Source: Eledone cirrhosa (taxonomy: Eukaryota). From it: a stretch of DNA of 64,000 bases. The stretch lies in the NCBI GenBank assembly GCA_964016885.1, contig OZ024743.1:172422001-172486000 (forward strand), in the 5' to 3' direction. This document shows positions 30,943-48,039 of this stretch, piece after piece. The notes under the pieces were generated by a model, which worked only from the letters and a program-made list of their open reading frames with translations, ran no database searches and had not been told where the DNA came from. The position numbers and the translations under genes were made by a program. Within the stretch, counting starts at the first letter, position 1; each line of letters opens with the position of its first letter.

Positions 30943-31492
30943 CAGTCTCTCTCTCTCTGTTAGCCTCTTCCTCACCTTTCACTCACTCACTCTCTGTCAC
31001 TACCTCTCCTCCTCCCCTTTCTTCCCGTTTGACCTGTCCGTAATCCTTTTCTCGCGGGCACTTGGCCAAGCCGGTATGAATTTTTTTTCTCTCTCTCTCG
31101 TCTGTGACTTCACAGAACTTATGTTTGCCGAATTCGCAGACCAGACCCCTTCTTCCTCCCGTTGGACCTGTGCGAAGTTCCTTCCTTGCTCACATTTCAA
31201 CCAGGTTTGATGGTCTTTATTCTCTCGTTCACGATTCCACCGAATTTATATTCATAGAAATCTGGGACTTGTTTCTTTCTTCTTCATCACTTTCTGTTGC
31301 TTAAACCATTTTGTTTGTTAACCCTAGCGTCCCCTTTATGTACGTGTCCCAACGACTTTTTTTAGCCGTTGCTCGCACCAACCTCAGGTATATGGCCTTT
31401 AATGCGACGAAATGCCTACGACGGTTGGAAGGCCACTGATGAGGACAAACTTTTTCATATGTAACCCATTTGCAGCGCCGCAGCTCCATTAT

Positions 31493-31554
<62 letters not shown>

Positions 31555-32086
31555 ATATATATATATATTGTTATATATATATTGTTATATTTGGGGAGGG
31601 TCATATTGTTATAATATTGCCCGAAATAATAATAAAACACACCCTTTGTTTGGTTTGGATTGGTTTTCGCTTCTGTATCTGTTATATCTCCATAGTTAAG
31701 TTAACTGGCAATCAATGTTTCTCATTGATTAACTAACGGTTAAAAATACAGATATAAATATATATATAGTCTATCAAAGTTCTTTCGTCACTCATCTGTG
31801 ACATCATCCGTGGTACTATTATGTTTCCTCTCGTTGTATTGTAACGTCTACGCCATTTTTATTTTATTTTATTTATTTATTCTTGTCTCTGTCTCTGTTT
31901 GCGCATGCATTTGCGTGTGTGTTTTCTGTTTGGTGTGTGTGTTCGTGTTTGAGTGTATGTGTATTTGTATTCTATCTTTCTTCACTAGTGTGTGTTTATA
32001 GCAAATATATATATATATGTATATATATATATACTCTTTTACCTGTTTCAGCCATCCGGCTGAGGCCATGCTGGGGCACCGCCCTT

Positions 32087-32133
<47 letters not shown>

Positions 32134-32212
32134 TTGTATGTACATGTATGTATTGAGTAAAATGACAGGAGGTCGGACTGGTGAAATTCCTTCAAAGATT
32201 TATTATAGCAAA

Positions 32213-32268
32213 CACTATGTACATTTCAGTGGCCAAGTTCCGTAAGATCCTGGTGACATCATCAGGTG
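32213..32268 (-). ncRNA. Type I HHR
   Basis: Reverse complement reads cac-CTGATGA-tgtcaccagg...cttggccact-GAAA-tgtaca-TA-gtg. Confidence 0.7.
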
Positions 32269-32479
32269 GTAATTGCATAATAGTTATATAATAAAGGAAT
32301 AATGGTAAACACAATCCAAGAGTCTATAAAAAATGTTTTTGACTCGAAGGTGATGAAGAGGGCCAGTTGTCATCAGTTTGGCTGACCACCTTCGAGTAAG
32401 GATTCGCATCAATTTTGTCTTACCGGTTTGGTTAGGGGGTTGTATGCTTAGTATGCATACTACTACCACATTGCCGCTT

Positions 32480-33685
32480 GGGTCAGCGTATTTTTGTTCT
32501 ATTTGTATATGCTATCGTCTCGCCTAGATTGGTGATGTGGAGAAATTGAATTTGACAGTGTACCTATTAAAGAGCTTGTGGCATTTATGTATGGGTGGGA
32601 AGGATTGGTCAAGAGCCGCAAAGAAAGTTCCCGGTACATTGGTAGCAACGTGTATAGAGTATGGGGCGTTGTACGATGTCATGGGTCTACTCCGGGTCTT
32701 ACGAGGTTTAGTGCGGTTGTTGTGGCTTGGTGCATGTGTGGGTGTGTTTTGGTCTTGAGAGTTCCTGTTATACTATTGCCGTTTTATCTAGGGTATCTAT
32801 TACTACGTATTTGTGTGCTATGTTCCGAGTCCTTACGGAGGATATAGCTTTATCTCCTTGGCAGTTGTATGTATCGTTGCCTGTCCTGCCGGCTAAGGAT
32901 GGTCTTTGTGTGGTAGTTATTCTAGGTGGGGTGTCATCGTCTATTTGTGTTTCTGTGGGAAACATTCTTAACTATCAAGTTAATTATACACTTGTGGTGG
33001 TTGGAGTGTCTGTTGACATACTTTAGGTTTTCGTTGGGCTTATGGTACGGGCGGTAAAGACGTGTGTCTAATTATAACGTCACATCTAAGAAATTCACTG
33101 TTGCGTTCTATATTTCTACCGCCAAGCGTTGGGTCTTAAAGATATATCTAAGTCGTTTATGTAATCTGTCTAATTGGCTATTATTGAGTCCACGGGCCAA
33201 GAGCAGGGCGTCGTCCCTGTACAAACTCCCTCCCATGCTAGGGATCTCATCCGTTAGTATATTTAGGAGATGTAGGCCGACGAAGTTCGTAAACTGGACT
33301 GAGTCACTCGACCCCATAGAGATATCAAAGCTATCTGGTCTATTTTGTCGCTCCCATAATTTACCGACGAATTCTAGTAAGGTTTTCTAAGCAACTAGTA
33401 TGATGTCAACCTCGTTTCTAGTGGCTGAGATCAATGCTTTGTTTAGGATGACTAGGGATATAGAGGCGTAGTAGTTCGCTATGTCCAATTGGACGAATCT
33501 AACATCCGACTCGGTTTCAATGCCGGAGAACCAGTCGATCACCTCTCTAGTACAGGACCAAAGGCTGAGTCTTGTGCTATTCCTTACTTCGGGTATTATC
33601 CGGTCAATGATGGATTTACTGAGTCTACCTGGGTCTGATTTGGAGGGAGCTATGAGCCTAACCGGTAGTTTGCTCTGAAAGTCCT

Positions 33686-33690
<5 letters not shown>
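32480..33690 (-). mobile_element. Decayed Hydra-like PLE RT fragment
   Basis: VRLIAPSKSDPGRLSK, FVQLDIANYYASI, MGSSDSVQFTNFVG, LYRDDALL. Confidence 0.85.
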
Positions 33691-33716
<26 letters not shown>

Positions 33717-34087
33717 CTATAAAGCTGACGGCCGTATGTAGGTAACAAACTTTCCGCCAAACGGCTGGACCAAACAGCACCAAGTTTGCACCATAGATGT
33801 AACTTTTTCCAAGTAAAAAAGTGAGGATATTTTCGTCTACTGAATTTTGTTAAAAGATTAAAGACATTATTTAAATATTCACTTCTTTAAATTTTTCAAA
33901 TGTCAACACATCCAGTTATACGACATTCCTAACGGCTTCACGAACCAAAGTATCATCTTCCTGTTTTCTTTCGGCTGCAAGGTCTTTTCGAAATATTTAC
34001 ATCTGCGTTCACAGATTGATTTCTTTTAGTTTCAGAAGATCCCGTTAAGAGTGAAAGCAGCGATTCTTTGTTTACTTTAATCTGTTA

Positions 34088-34141
<54 letters not shown>

Positions 34142-35224
34142 AAGGTATCCACTGTAAGTTGTGGGGTCTATTCTGTATGAAGAACTCAATGTAATCCATA
34201 TGTTGAAAATGTTGTAGGTTAAGATAAATCTCAGAAAACAATAAAACATTAAAAGGAAAACAGAGTCATGATATAAGTTAAAACAATGAAATAAAAAATC
34301 AAGTCATTAGAGATATACTTCACTGCTTTACGATCGTTTCTAGATGGTGATAATACATTGTATCTATACCCAGTTATTGATCTATGTAAGTTTACAACCT
34401 ATCATATAGATAGAATATTTACTTACATGCATATCACCAGCTGTTTTCAAAAGCAATAATAATTTTATTCAATAATAATTTTATTCAATAATAATTTTAC
34501 TCAGAATTAGTATCATGTCGTTATTTGGAATTAGTTGAAGAACTAACGAATCAAATTATTTTTTTCATATGGTGTTAAGATGAAAAGTAATACACTTTAG
34601 TTGAGGTCATGACCCTTTAAAAGGAATGGTTGAAAGGTGTTAGTAGAAATGGCATAAAAATCTATTAGGAAAGAAGGGGATTGTCAAACTGATAGTTGAA
34701 TGTATCTTGTATAGTGAATTTAAAAGGAATGTCAAAATAAATGGTGATTAGTGTTGTATTGAGTTTTAAGGTGAATATAAATTAATGTTATGGCTAGGAA
34801 AGATAGTATATTAAAAGATGAAAATTATAATAAGATAATGAGATATAGTAATGCGATAATATACAACTTAACCAACACAATATAGTACGGTGTGGTAAAT
34901 TGCACTCAGTATAATATAACATATTATACGTTCTAAAATATTACAAAGTATGTTTATGCATAAACAATCAAATTCAGATAAGTATATGTTGGCATAGTTA
35001 AAACACATAAATTTCATAGTCTACAAAGTGCATATATTCACACTACATATAGAGAGAGGTACAGTTATATTGATATCTAACCAAAATATACATACGTGCA
35101 AATAGATGCAAACCTAAATACACCTCCACACGCATGCATATAATCATATATATACATATCCATACATATCTATATCCACACATACACATCTATACCCCAT
35201 ATATACATATACATATACACATAC

Positions 35225-35273
<49 letters not shown>

Positions 35274-35350
35274 TATACATACATACATATATACATGTAC
35301 ATACATATACACACACACACATACATACATACATATATACACACACATAT

Positions 35351-35391
<41 letters not shown>

Positions 35392-35528
35392 CAACACACA
35401 CGCATACACATATATATATACACACTTGTGTGAGTATATGTACACTCCTCTTACATGTGCACCTACTCATATATAAACATTCATACACCTATACTCACAT
35501 ATACACACACACACATATATATATATAT

Positions 35529-35593
<65 letters not shown>

Positions 35594-35624
35594 TAGTTTT
35601 AATAAATATATATATATATATATA

Positions 35625-38060
35625 TACGATATTAAATAAATGGAAACTATATTTATAAAACCATATTTATTTCATTATATATATTTCAGGGATATCACAT
35701 TAAAAATATGGTATGCCTTCTTCAGACAAAATACAATATAAACAGTCTTATAAATAGATAGATTTGACATACCTTTCAACTTCATCTTCCATTTAAAAAG
35801 TTGATTTGGTAGTGAAAAATGTTAGGGACAGTTATAAAAAGAAAGAAAGAAAAAAGCGAAGAAAAAGAAGAAATGCATGCAACTAAATAGAGAGAGATAG
35901 ATATAGAGAGATAGATAGAGAGAAGAAATTCATGTAAAGAAACAGAGAGAAATATATAGAGAGAGGAAAAAACACAGAGGGAGATAGATAGAGATAGAGA
36001 GAGAGAAGAGAGAGAGAGAGAAAAAATATAGATATAGAGAAAAAGAAAATAGGTAGTTGGGCACCAGTTGAATGACGTATCAATGATAAATTTATTTATT
36101 TATTTATTTATTTAGTTCTAGTATTAAGGTAGAGAGAGATATATGTGGTTAGGAGAGAAAACAGCCGTTACATAGAGAGAAAAGAAAATATCCAGACATA
36201 AACGAGGCAGATTTAAAACATTATGTTTCATCAATGTAAAAATTAGGTATTATAATGTAAATATCAGTATTCATGAATGAGACACGTATCAATAATGTGT
36301 GAAAAATAATGATCATATGTCTAGTTTAAAATTCAGAGTTGAGATAAAACTGAGATAAAAAACTGAGATTAGAAACTGAGATAAAAAACTGAGATAAAAA
36401 AACTGAGATAAAAAACTTCAAAAAAAAATTGAAATACATAAGTATATATGCACTTTCATGAAAAAAGAAAAAGAAAAAGAAAAAGAAAAAGAAAATAGAA
36501 GGTTATCCCAGATTCTATACTATAGACTTCCATGTGAATTTACGTGATCAACTCTGCAAATTCCTATTTCACATGAAAACATTCTCATTGTGCTATAAAA
36601 ATTCTAGTATACATATATGTGTACATACACACAAATATATATAGAATCTACATTAATTTTAACAATACTATTCTTGTCTTTACTCTACATGATTATCGTT
36701 CAAGCATAAATAAAGAACAGATATCAATATATCAATAAAAATATCAAAAAATTAAAAATATTAAAAATAAAACACAATATGCCCCGCAAATCAACCACAG
36801 AGATCAACCCTTCAAAAGTTAATTGACAATATATTGCCAAGTTCGTTATAAGCATCAGAATCAAAAGCAAACAAAACCAAAATTATTCACCAAATCCTGT
36901 CTAGCAGAAATCATTCCAAAAGTTTAGGATACCCATTTGATCTACAGATGGTCTTATATTTAATATAGAAGTTTATCTAGTGTAAAATTTATTCGATATA
37001 TTTGGAGCATCAGCTTTTAGGGTAGTTTAATTATTCATGAAGAATGTTTAAAATAAAAAGAAATCGAAAGATTTATCGGCGAGTTTCATAAATAATTATA
37101 AATCAAAGTAAATATACTACATTTTAAATTTATATTTATATTTAAAAGTTGAGTTCAATCTATGTCTGCAGCAACTGAATAAATTTGTCCGTAAATTAAG
37201 GGAATTTTTAGATTTTAGTATAAAGAATATCTCCTCCGCGCAGAGGTCACATGTCTCAGAGGATGAATTAAAAGGAATCCCTCTTGAGACTATATTCCAA
37301 GCCGTCGAATATCCAACGTTATCATGCTTAAGTTGCCAGAGTAAACCTGATAGTGATGTTGAAGATTTTTTGCTTGGATCTGTGAAAGAATTCTTGTGGT
37401 TATTATAGCGAAGTTTAAATTCTGTCGAGGTGGAACCAACATAGTTAAAAGAATTTAAGTCCGTTTTAACATTACAGTTGTATATTATATTTTTAACTAA
37501 GCAATTGTTATTTAACGGACATTTAGATCTATCTCTACAGTTACATTTGTTTACTTGGATATTATTTATGCTATTATCGGTATTTTGGCTAGGTTTTAAA
37601 TTCCTATTATTTATTCTATTAATATTTTGTGCTAAATTTTTGGTGGATGAGTAAGTTAATTTTATAGTATGTCTATTGAAAATTGAGTGATACCTATGTG
37701 TTCTAGGGAAGCGATTATCAAGAGCATTAAAAAATAGTTTAGCGATGTGGGTTTTAATGTTTAGTGAGAAAGGGGATGCAAACCATATTATATTCCTAGT
37801 TCTATTTCTTTTTTGGCTTTTGGAATTATTGTAATGCTTTCTATTATAGTTGTTAAAGTTGTTGCCGTAATTAAAATTGTTGTTATTTTGGTTAGTTTGT
37901 CTATTATTATCTATGTACATAATTTGATCACTATATCCTGCTCTAGCTAACGCTTCATTGTAATACTGGGCTTTTTCGTCGAAAATCTTTTTATTAGATG
38001 AGATTCTAGAGATACGTTTTTGAACAGAGTTTACTATAGTATTTTTAACAGATCTGGGGT
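35625..38060 (-). mobile_element. Nested Hydra-like PLE: thumb, open GIY-YIG, 3' UTR and HHR at 35669-35732
   Basis: [32 protein letters not shown]...[26 protein letters not shown] reads ttttgt-CTGAAGA...GAAA-tatata-TA-atgaaa and is related to the palindrome at 6763. Confidence 0.9.
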
Positions 38061-38249
38061 ATATATACATATAAATACATTCATATATATATACATACAT
38101 ATACATATATATACATTCATATATATATACATATATATACATATATACATACATATACATATACATATATACACATACACACATACATATACAAGCATAT
38201 ACACATATATACATAAACACATATACATACATATACATATATATATACA

Positions 38250-38502
38250 CAGAGGAGACTGAGGTTAGCTGGACATGCTCACCGACATCCAGAGTTAACA
38301 TTGCACTCAGTGCTCCTTTGGGAGCCCCTACATGGACACACTAGAAGAGGAAGACCAAGGTTAACGTATGTTGATGCCCTAAGGACAGACACTGGTCTGT
38401 TGGAGATGCAGGACATGGCAGCGATAATGAGGGACAGAGACCGCTGGAGAGAACTCGTCCATGGATCTCGGGAATTTTACCCGCCTTAGAATAGAATAGA
38501 AT
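38250..38502 (+). mobile_element. RTE LINE 3' stub with (TAGAA)n tail
   Basis: [11 protein letters not shown]...LLWEP...RRGRPRLTYVD...MRDRDRWR. Confidence 0.85.
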
Positions 38503-39387
38503 ATATATACACAAATATACACACTCATAAATATATTTCCATATCGTACATAGATGTATAATTTTACTCATGCAATTACGGGTGGCTGTGTATCTTGTTA
38601 CCTTTAGTCATTAACGCATAAATCTAGGGAAGCTAAAACATTAAAAGGCATACATAAGCATGAAAGCATATAATTAGGATCTACATCAAACACATTTAAG
38701 AAAAGATTTTACGCACATTCTAGTAGTTTCAACAATACTAAACTAGCAAACACCACATCTTTAGCTGAAGCGGTAAATAATTATAAAAAGAAAAAAATAG
38801 ATTTTAAGTTATCGTGGAACACAATTCTACAAAAAACTCCATATCTTGGAAACAGGAGGGAATGCAGATTATGTTCAGGAGAGATCTTGGAAATTACTAA
38901 ATCTAAAGACGATTTATTAAATAAAAGCAGGAATTGATCATAGTCTGTTATAACCGTATACGAAAAACATTTAAATACTATAAACCTAATTAAATACTAT
39001 AAACCTAATTAAATATTCTAAATAGCAACTCAATATAATTCCGTATAGAATAACATTTATTAGTACCTCTTTCCCCTAATTATATGCTTTCATGCTTATT
39101 TTTGCCTTTTAATGTTTTAGCTTCCTTAGATTTATGCGTTAATGACTAAAGGCAACAAGATACACAACCACCCGTAATTGCATGAGTAAAAATATACATC
39201 TATGTACGATATGGAAATATATTTATGTGTGTGTATATATGTATATGTATATGTATGTATATGTGTTTATGTATGTGTTTATGTGTATATGTGTATATGC
39301 TTGTATATGTATGTGTGTATGTGTATATATGTATATATATGTATATATGTATATATATGTATATATATATATGAATGTATATATATG

Positions 39388-39448
<61 letters not shown>

Positions 39449-39723
39449 ATATATATATATATATGTGTGTGTTTGTGTGCGTGTATATGTGAGTATAGGT
39501 GTATGAACGTTTATTTATGAGTAGGTACACATGTAAGAGGAGTGTACATATACTCACACAAGTGTGTATATATATATGTGTATGTGTGTTTGTGTGTGTG
39601 TGTGTTGTATATGTATATATATATATATATGCGTGTGTGTATATGTGTGTGTATATATGTATGTATGTGTGTGTGTATATGTATGTACATGTATATATGT
39701 ATGTATGTATAAGTGTGTGTGTG

Positions 39724-39754
<31 letters not shown>

Positions 39755-40699
39755 GTATGTATATATATATATATGTATATATATGTATGTGTATATGTAT
39801 ATGTATATATGGTGGTATAGATGTGTATGTGTGGATATAGATATGTATGGATATGTATATATATGATTATATGCATGCGTGTGGATGTGTATTTAGGTTT
39901 GCATCTATTTGCTCGTATGTATATTTTGGTTAGATATCAATATAACTGTACCTCTCTCTATATGTAGTGTGAATATACGCACTTTATAGACTATAAAATG
40001 TATGTGTTTTAACTATGTCAACATGTACTTATCTGAGTTTGATTGTTTATGCATAAACATACTTAGTAATATTTTAGAACGTATAATATGTTATATTATA
40101 CTGAGTGCAATTTACCACACCGTATTATATTGTGTTGGTTAAGTTGTATATTATGGCATTACTATATCTCATTATCTTATTATTATTTTCATCTTTTAAT
40201 ATACTATCTTTCCTAGCCATAACATTAATTTATATTCACCTTAAAACTCAATACAACACTAATCACCATTTATTTTGACATTCCTTTTAAATTCACTATA
40301 CAAGATACATTCAACTATCAGTTTGACAATCCCCTTCCTTCCTAATAGATTTTTATGCCATTTCTACTAACACCTTTCAACTATTCCTTTCAAAGGGTCA
40401 TGACGTCAACTAAAGTGTATTACTTTTCATCTTAACACTATATGAAAAAAACAATTTGATTCGTTAGTTCTTCAACTACCTCCAAATATGGACATGATAC
40501 TAATTCTGAGTAAAATTATTATTGAACAAAATTATTATTGCTTTTGAAAACAGCTGGTGAGTAAATATTGAAAACAGCATGTAAGTAAATATTCTCTCTA
40601 TGTGATAGTTTGTAAACTTACATAGATCAATAACTGAGTATAGATACAATGTATTATCACCATCTAGAAACGATCGTAAAGCAGTGAATTATATCTTTA

Positions 40700-40833
<134 letters not shown>

Positions 40834-40834
40834 T

Positions 40835-42735
<1,901 letters not shown>

Positions 42736-43986
42736 TATATTAATAAAGCTGACGGCCGTATGCATGTAACAAACTTTTGGCAAAACGGCTGGACCAAACA
42801 GCACCAAATTTGCACCATAGATGTACATTTTTCCAAGGAAGAAAGTAGGATATTTTTGTCTACTAAATTTCGCAGTATCAGTAGAGAGTCGGACAACATG
42901 CTTTGAAGCATAGAGTTAGGTCTCTTTATGATCTGAGTTCAAATCCCGCCGAGGTTAACTTTGCCTTTCATCCTTACGGGGTCGATAAAATAAAGTACCA
43001 GTAATACACTGAGTAAATGCTGGCTTTGTGCCAAAAGTAGAAACAATTATTGATTAAAGATATTTTGTTTATCTAAAGATTCACTTCATTAAAATTTTCA
43101 AATGTCAACACTTCCGGTTAACGATCGCTAAAATAAACGTTCATATATTTTGCAGTTTATATATAATAACGTCTTTTTTTAATGCATCATGGATTAAATT
43201 TCTGTGTATATTGTCAAGCTCTATCTATATTAATAACGCTGACTACATTACTGGTACTTTATTATCCTCTCTCTCTTTCTTACTCTGTCTTTTTAGATAG
43301 ATACATAGCTATAACGTCGCGCGCTTATAATATCTGTCTGCCTGCCTGCATTGACTTCGCTTCTAACTAACTTTTAATTAATTATATATATATATATATA
43401 TATAAAATTATATATTCGTGTACATATTTTCAACAGTAATACTGTACTATATATTTTCAACAGTAATACTATACTATATATTTTCAACAGTAGTAATGTA
43501 CTATATATTTTCAACAGTAATACTGTACTACATATTTTCAATAGTGATACTATACTATACTATACATTTACAACAGTAATACTGTAGTACACTATATATT
43601 TTCAACAGTAATACTGTACTGTACTATATATTTTCAACAGTAATACTGTACTATATATTTTCAACATTAATACTATACTATATTATATATTTTCAACAAT
43701 AATACTATACTATATTATATATTTTCAACAGTAATACTATACTATATATGTTCAACAGTGATACTATACTATATCTTTTCAACAGTAATACTATACCATA
43801 TATTTTCAACAGTAATACTATACTATATATTTTCAACAGTGATACTATACTATATCTTTTCAACAGTAATACTATACCATATATTTTCAACAGTAATACT
43901 GTACTATACTATACATTTTCAACAGTAATACTATACACCACAGACGGCTTATCGTCTGTTTATCCAAGCGAAGCTAGGTACGTCAG

Positions 43987-43990
<4 letters not shown>
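42736..43990 (+). mobile_element. Non-autonomous Helitron directly in tandem, carrying a SINE and a minisatellite
   Basis: 5' ataaagctgacggccgtatg (also at 33716); 3' gcgaagctaggtacgtcagcta. Confidence 0.65.
43422..43935. repeat. About 31-bp minisatellite (tatattttcaacagtaatactatactata), roughly 16 units
   Basis: Direct tandem units are visible. Confidence 0.95.
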
Positions 43991-44040
<50 letters not shown>

Positions 44041-44240
44041 TATCTGGCCCGTCCGGCTGGCGCTCGGCTAGGTATACCTGCCCCCACCACTCCACTGCAA
44101 AGATACCACACACCCTCCCGTGTCACATTGTCCTTCCGACTATCTCTCCCCCTCTCTCTCTTTAACGTCCTATCTCTCTCTCTTTCCCTTCCCTCTGTTT
44201 TTCTGTCTCTCTCTGTAGAGGTGTGTGTGTAGTTTTCCTA

Positions 44241-44332
<92 letters not shown>

Positions 44333-44727
44333 AAGGGAGATACGGAAACTAAAACAGTGTTGTCACATACATACATACATACATACATACATACATACAT
44401 ACATACATACATACATACATGATGGCTGCCCCCTCGTTATCGAGTATGGCCATTGCACGAGAAAAAAAAAAATAATAATAATAATAATAAATAAATAAAA
44501 ATAAAATTAAAAAAAGAGAAATATATATGTATATATATATATATACATATACACACACACACACACACACACACTCACACACATACATTAATAACAATAA
44601 TAATAATAATAATAATAACACAATAATAATAACGACAACAACAATAATAATATACATATACATATATATATACACACACACGCACACACATAAGCATATC
44701 TACACACACACACACACACGATAGCAA

Positions 44728-46255
44728 CTAACAGCGCTGCGATCGAATGTGGCTTTTTAGCCCAGCCAATGATCTAAAATGTCTTGCACAGAGTCGGCAA
44801 CCAAAACATTCACTGGGAATAGTCGGCTGTGGTTGGAGTTCGTGTACTTTTGCATGTCGCTTGAGCCCTCCTGCTGATTTACATTCTCTACCACATGTTT
44901 GGCAAGCATGATGAGTAGCATCTCCAACAGCAGCCTGGTAGTCAACCACTGGTCTTTCTTTATGACTGCGAAGATGACTTTCGAGTCCAGCTTTGCTTAG
45001 GCAGAGTCTCGCACAGACGCTGCATGTCAGCACCATAGGAGGACCCTCGCCGTCTGGAAGTGCAACAGCAATGCCCTTCCTCACATCCCGCTTTACTTTC
45101 TCGTATGCGATTCGAGATGCCTCAAAGGCAACTTTTCCCTCATATACAGTCTTTCTCCATTTATTACGATCAGCAGCAATATTCTCCCATGTATCAGCAG
45201 AGATGTTAGCGTCTTTCAGAGAGGCTTTCAAGGAATCCTTATACCTCTTTTTTGGTTTATGTGGCGGTCGTTTTCCTTTAACCAACTCTCCATAAAAGAG
45301 TTGTTTTGGTATTCTAGAATCCTTCATCCTGGCAAGGTGACCACTCCAACGGAGTCGTTGCTTAAGCACAAGAGCTTCTATACTGTCACACATAGAGCTT
45401 TCCAAAATCTCGACATCACTGATGTGGTCCCTCCAGTGAAATCCATGGATCCGTCTGAGACACATCTGATGGAAACGCTCCCATTGCTTAAGGTGGTGTC
45501 GATATGTAACCCAGGTCTCGCAGGCATAAAGAAAACAAGAGAGAACACATGCCCTGTACACCTTTACCTTTGTCCTCCTGCATATGTCTCGCCGACCCCA
45601 GAGTCGCCTTTCTAGCTTTCCGAAAGCATCACTTGCTTTCCTAATCCTAAGTGAGATTTCACTGTCAAGGTTGCTGTATCGATTGACAGTGCTTCCCAGG
45701 TAGACAAACTGATCAACCACTCCAAGTCGTTTGCCATACACATAGATGTTTGGTTCAGTGTACTGCTTACCAGGGGCAGGTTGGTACATGACGACGGTTT
45801 TCTTGAGACTGACAGTCAGACCTAGGGCAGTGCAAGCGTCAGAAAATGCATTCAAAATGTGCTGCATATCACTCTCTGTGTGCGCTACAAGATCGCAATC
45901 ATCTGCATACAAGAGGTCTCTTATGATTGATGTAAACACTTTTGTCTTCGCAGCAAAGCGCCTGATGTTAAATATGCTGCCTGAGGTTCGATATCGGATG
46001 TAAACACCATGCTCGCAATTCCTGAATGCAATACAGAAAACCATTGCAAAGTATATGGCAAACAGGGTCGGTGCTGGAATATCCCCCTGCTTCACTCCAT
46101 TTTTTTTTTTTGTGCTTGTGTACAAATTAGAAGAATTCCCAGTAGGGATTAGTGAGCGTCTTATGTCCATGAGAGTTCCGCTGGACAAGGGAAGATATGC
46201 TACCCTGGTGAGTGTGTATGCTCCAACTATGAGTTCTGTCGATGAGGAAAAGACA
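44728..46255 (-). mobile_element. RTE/BovB-like LINE: open RT-to-C-terminus frame with three C2H2 fingers, plus an inverted APE fragment
   Basis: GVKQGDIPAPTLF, LLYADD, FVYLGS, LYACETW, LRWSGH, LFYGEL. The plus strand at 46112-46255 reads GISERLMSMR...VSVYAPT. Confidence 0.95.
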
Positions 46256-46349
46256 TACATACATACATACATACATACATACATACATACATACATACAT
46301 ACATACATACATACATACATACATACATACATACATACATACATACATA

Positions 46350-46800
46350 GCAGAACTGATGAGAAATCTGCAGATACTCCACCCTGATTACACCTTCAGA
46401 TTTATGCCTGTGATTATTGGGGTATGTTAGTAACTGCCTCAATACAAATCTCGAGAAGCTAGGCTTCACATGAACAGAAAGAACACAACTAGTTGGGAAA
46501 TTACAAGTACAATCCATTAATGGAACAGTAAAAATATGTAAAACATTCCAAAGGTTTTGCATCTAATAACTGCATATACACATGTACAGATGCAAAGCAT
46601 ATACACATGCACACATACAACTCAAAACATACACATCCACACATACAATAACATCCATATCTACACAAGCATGCATACATAATCTACCTAGTTGATGTTG
46701 TGTAAATTCCAATGAGAGAGTCTTGTGTCTATGTTAGAAACCGACTCTCTCTTTATTGGGAAAAAATTTGTGAAATTATAAAACCAGAAGAACATACATA
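46350..46800 (+). mobile_element. 3' end of a restriction-like-endonuclease non-LTR element (R4/NeSL/Hero-like)
   Basis: ELMRNLQILHPDYTFRFMPVIIG...LQVQSINGTVKICKTF. Confidence 0.6.
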
Positions 46801-46975
46801 TAAAGTATAGATATGTGTGTGTGTGTTTGTGTATGTGTGAATGTGCATGTGTGTGTCTGTGTGTTTTGTTTTGATGTTATATTATGTGTGTGTATGTGTA
46901 TGTGTGTATGTGTGTGTGTTACTTATGCGAGTGACCACAGAAAGTATGTGTATTTGTGTGTGTGTATGTGTGTGT

Positions 46976-47432
<457 letters not shown>

Positions 47433-48039
47433 GTATATATATATATTAGGTATAACAGAAAACAAAACACAAGCAAACTCAGGAGTCCAAGCGGGGATGG
47501 CGGAAGGTGAGGTGTGTGTGTGTGTGTACGTGTGTGTCTGTATGCCTAGATGTATGTATGAGAGTCTGGGGGAGAGCAAATGTATGTGATTGTGGGTTTT
47601 GAAAAACCATTGCGTGATGGAGTGGAGTGTATGACTGTGTGTGTATAGTCCCTGTATGGGTGTAGGTGTGCGTGTGCGTGCGTGTGTGTGGGTGGAAAGC
47701 GTTGGATGGAGTTGGGGGGAGATCGTGTGTGAAATCGCGTCGATAAATTCCTTGTGATTGGGTCGAAAAAAATAGCGAGGAGGAAGTGCAATGTTATAGG
47801 GCGCGCGCAACAGGAAGTGGTCAAGATGGTCAAGACAAAGGGGTGGGAGGGGAGGGTAACGAGGGTGGAGATGGCAGGGCAATGTGTGGGAGGGAGGGGA
47901 GGAGGTGGAGTCGGCAGAACAGACTGGTGATTGAGACGCAGTAGTATTGCTGTCTGTGTGGGAGGGTAGTAGCTGTGTAGACAGGCAGGTTTCCACACCA
48001 CAGTTAAGAGTATTTAGCTACACTGGAAGACATATTTAA

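Noticed and set aside
37117-38301. 394-aa ORF as an intact gene
   Set aside because: It is a chimera of antisense RTE, microsatellite and a 5'-truncated PLE.
43422-43935. CRISPR-like periodic array
   Set aside because: There are no unique spacers and the context is eukaryotic; it is a minisatellite.
44728-46344. 538-aa ORF as a host zinc-finger gene
   Set aside because: The N-terminus is (TATG)n plus antisense APE sequence, and the body is LINE reverse transcriptase.
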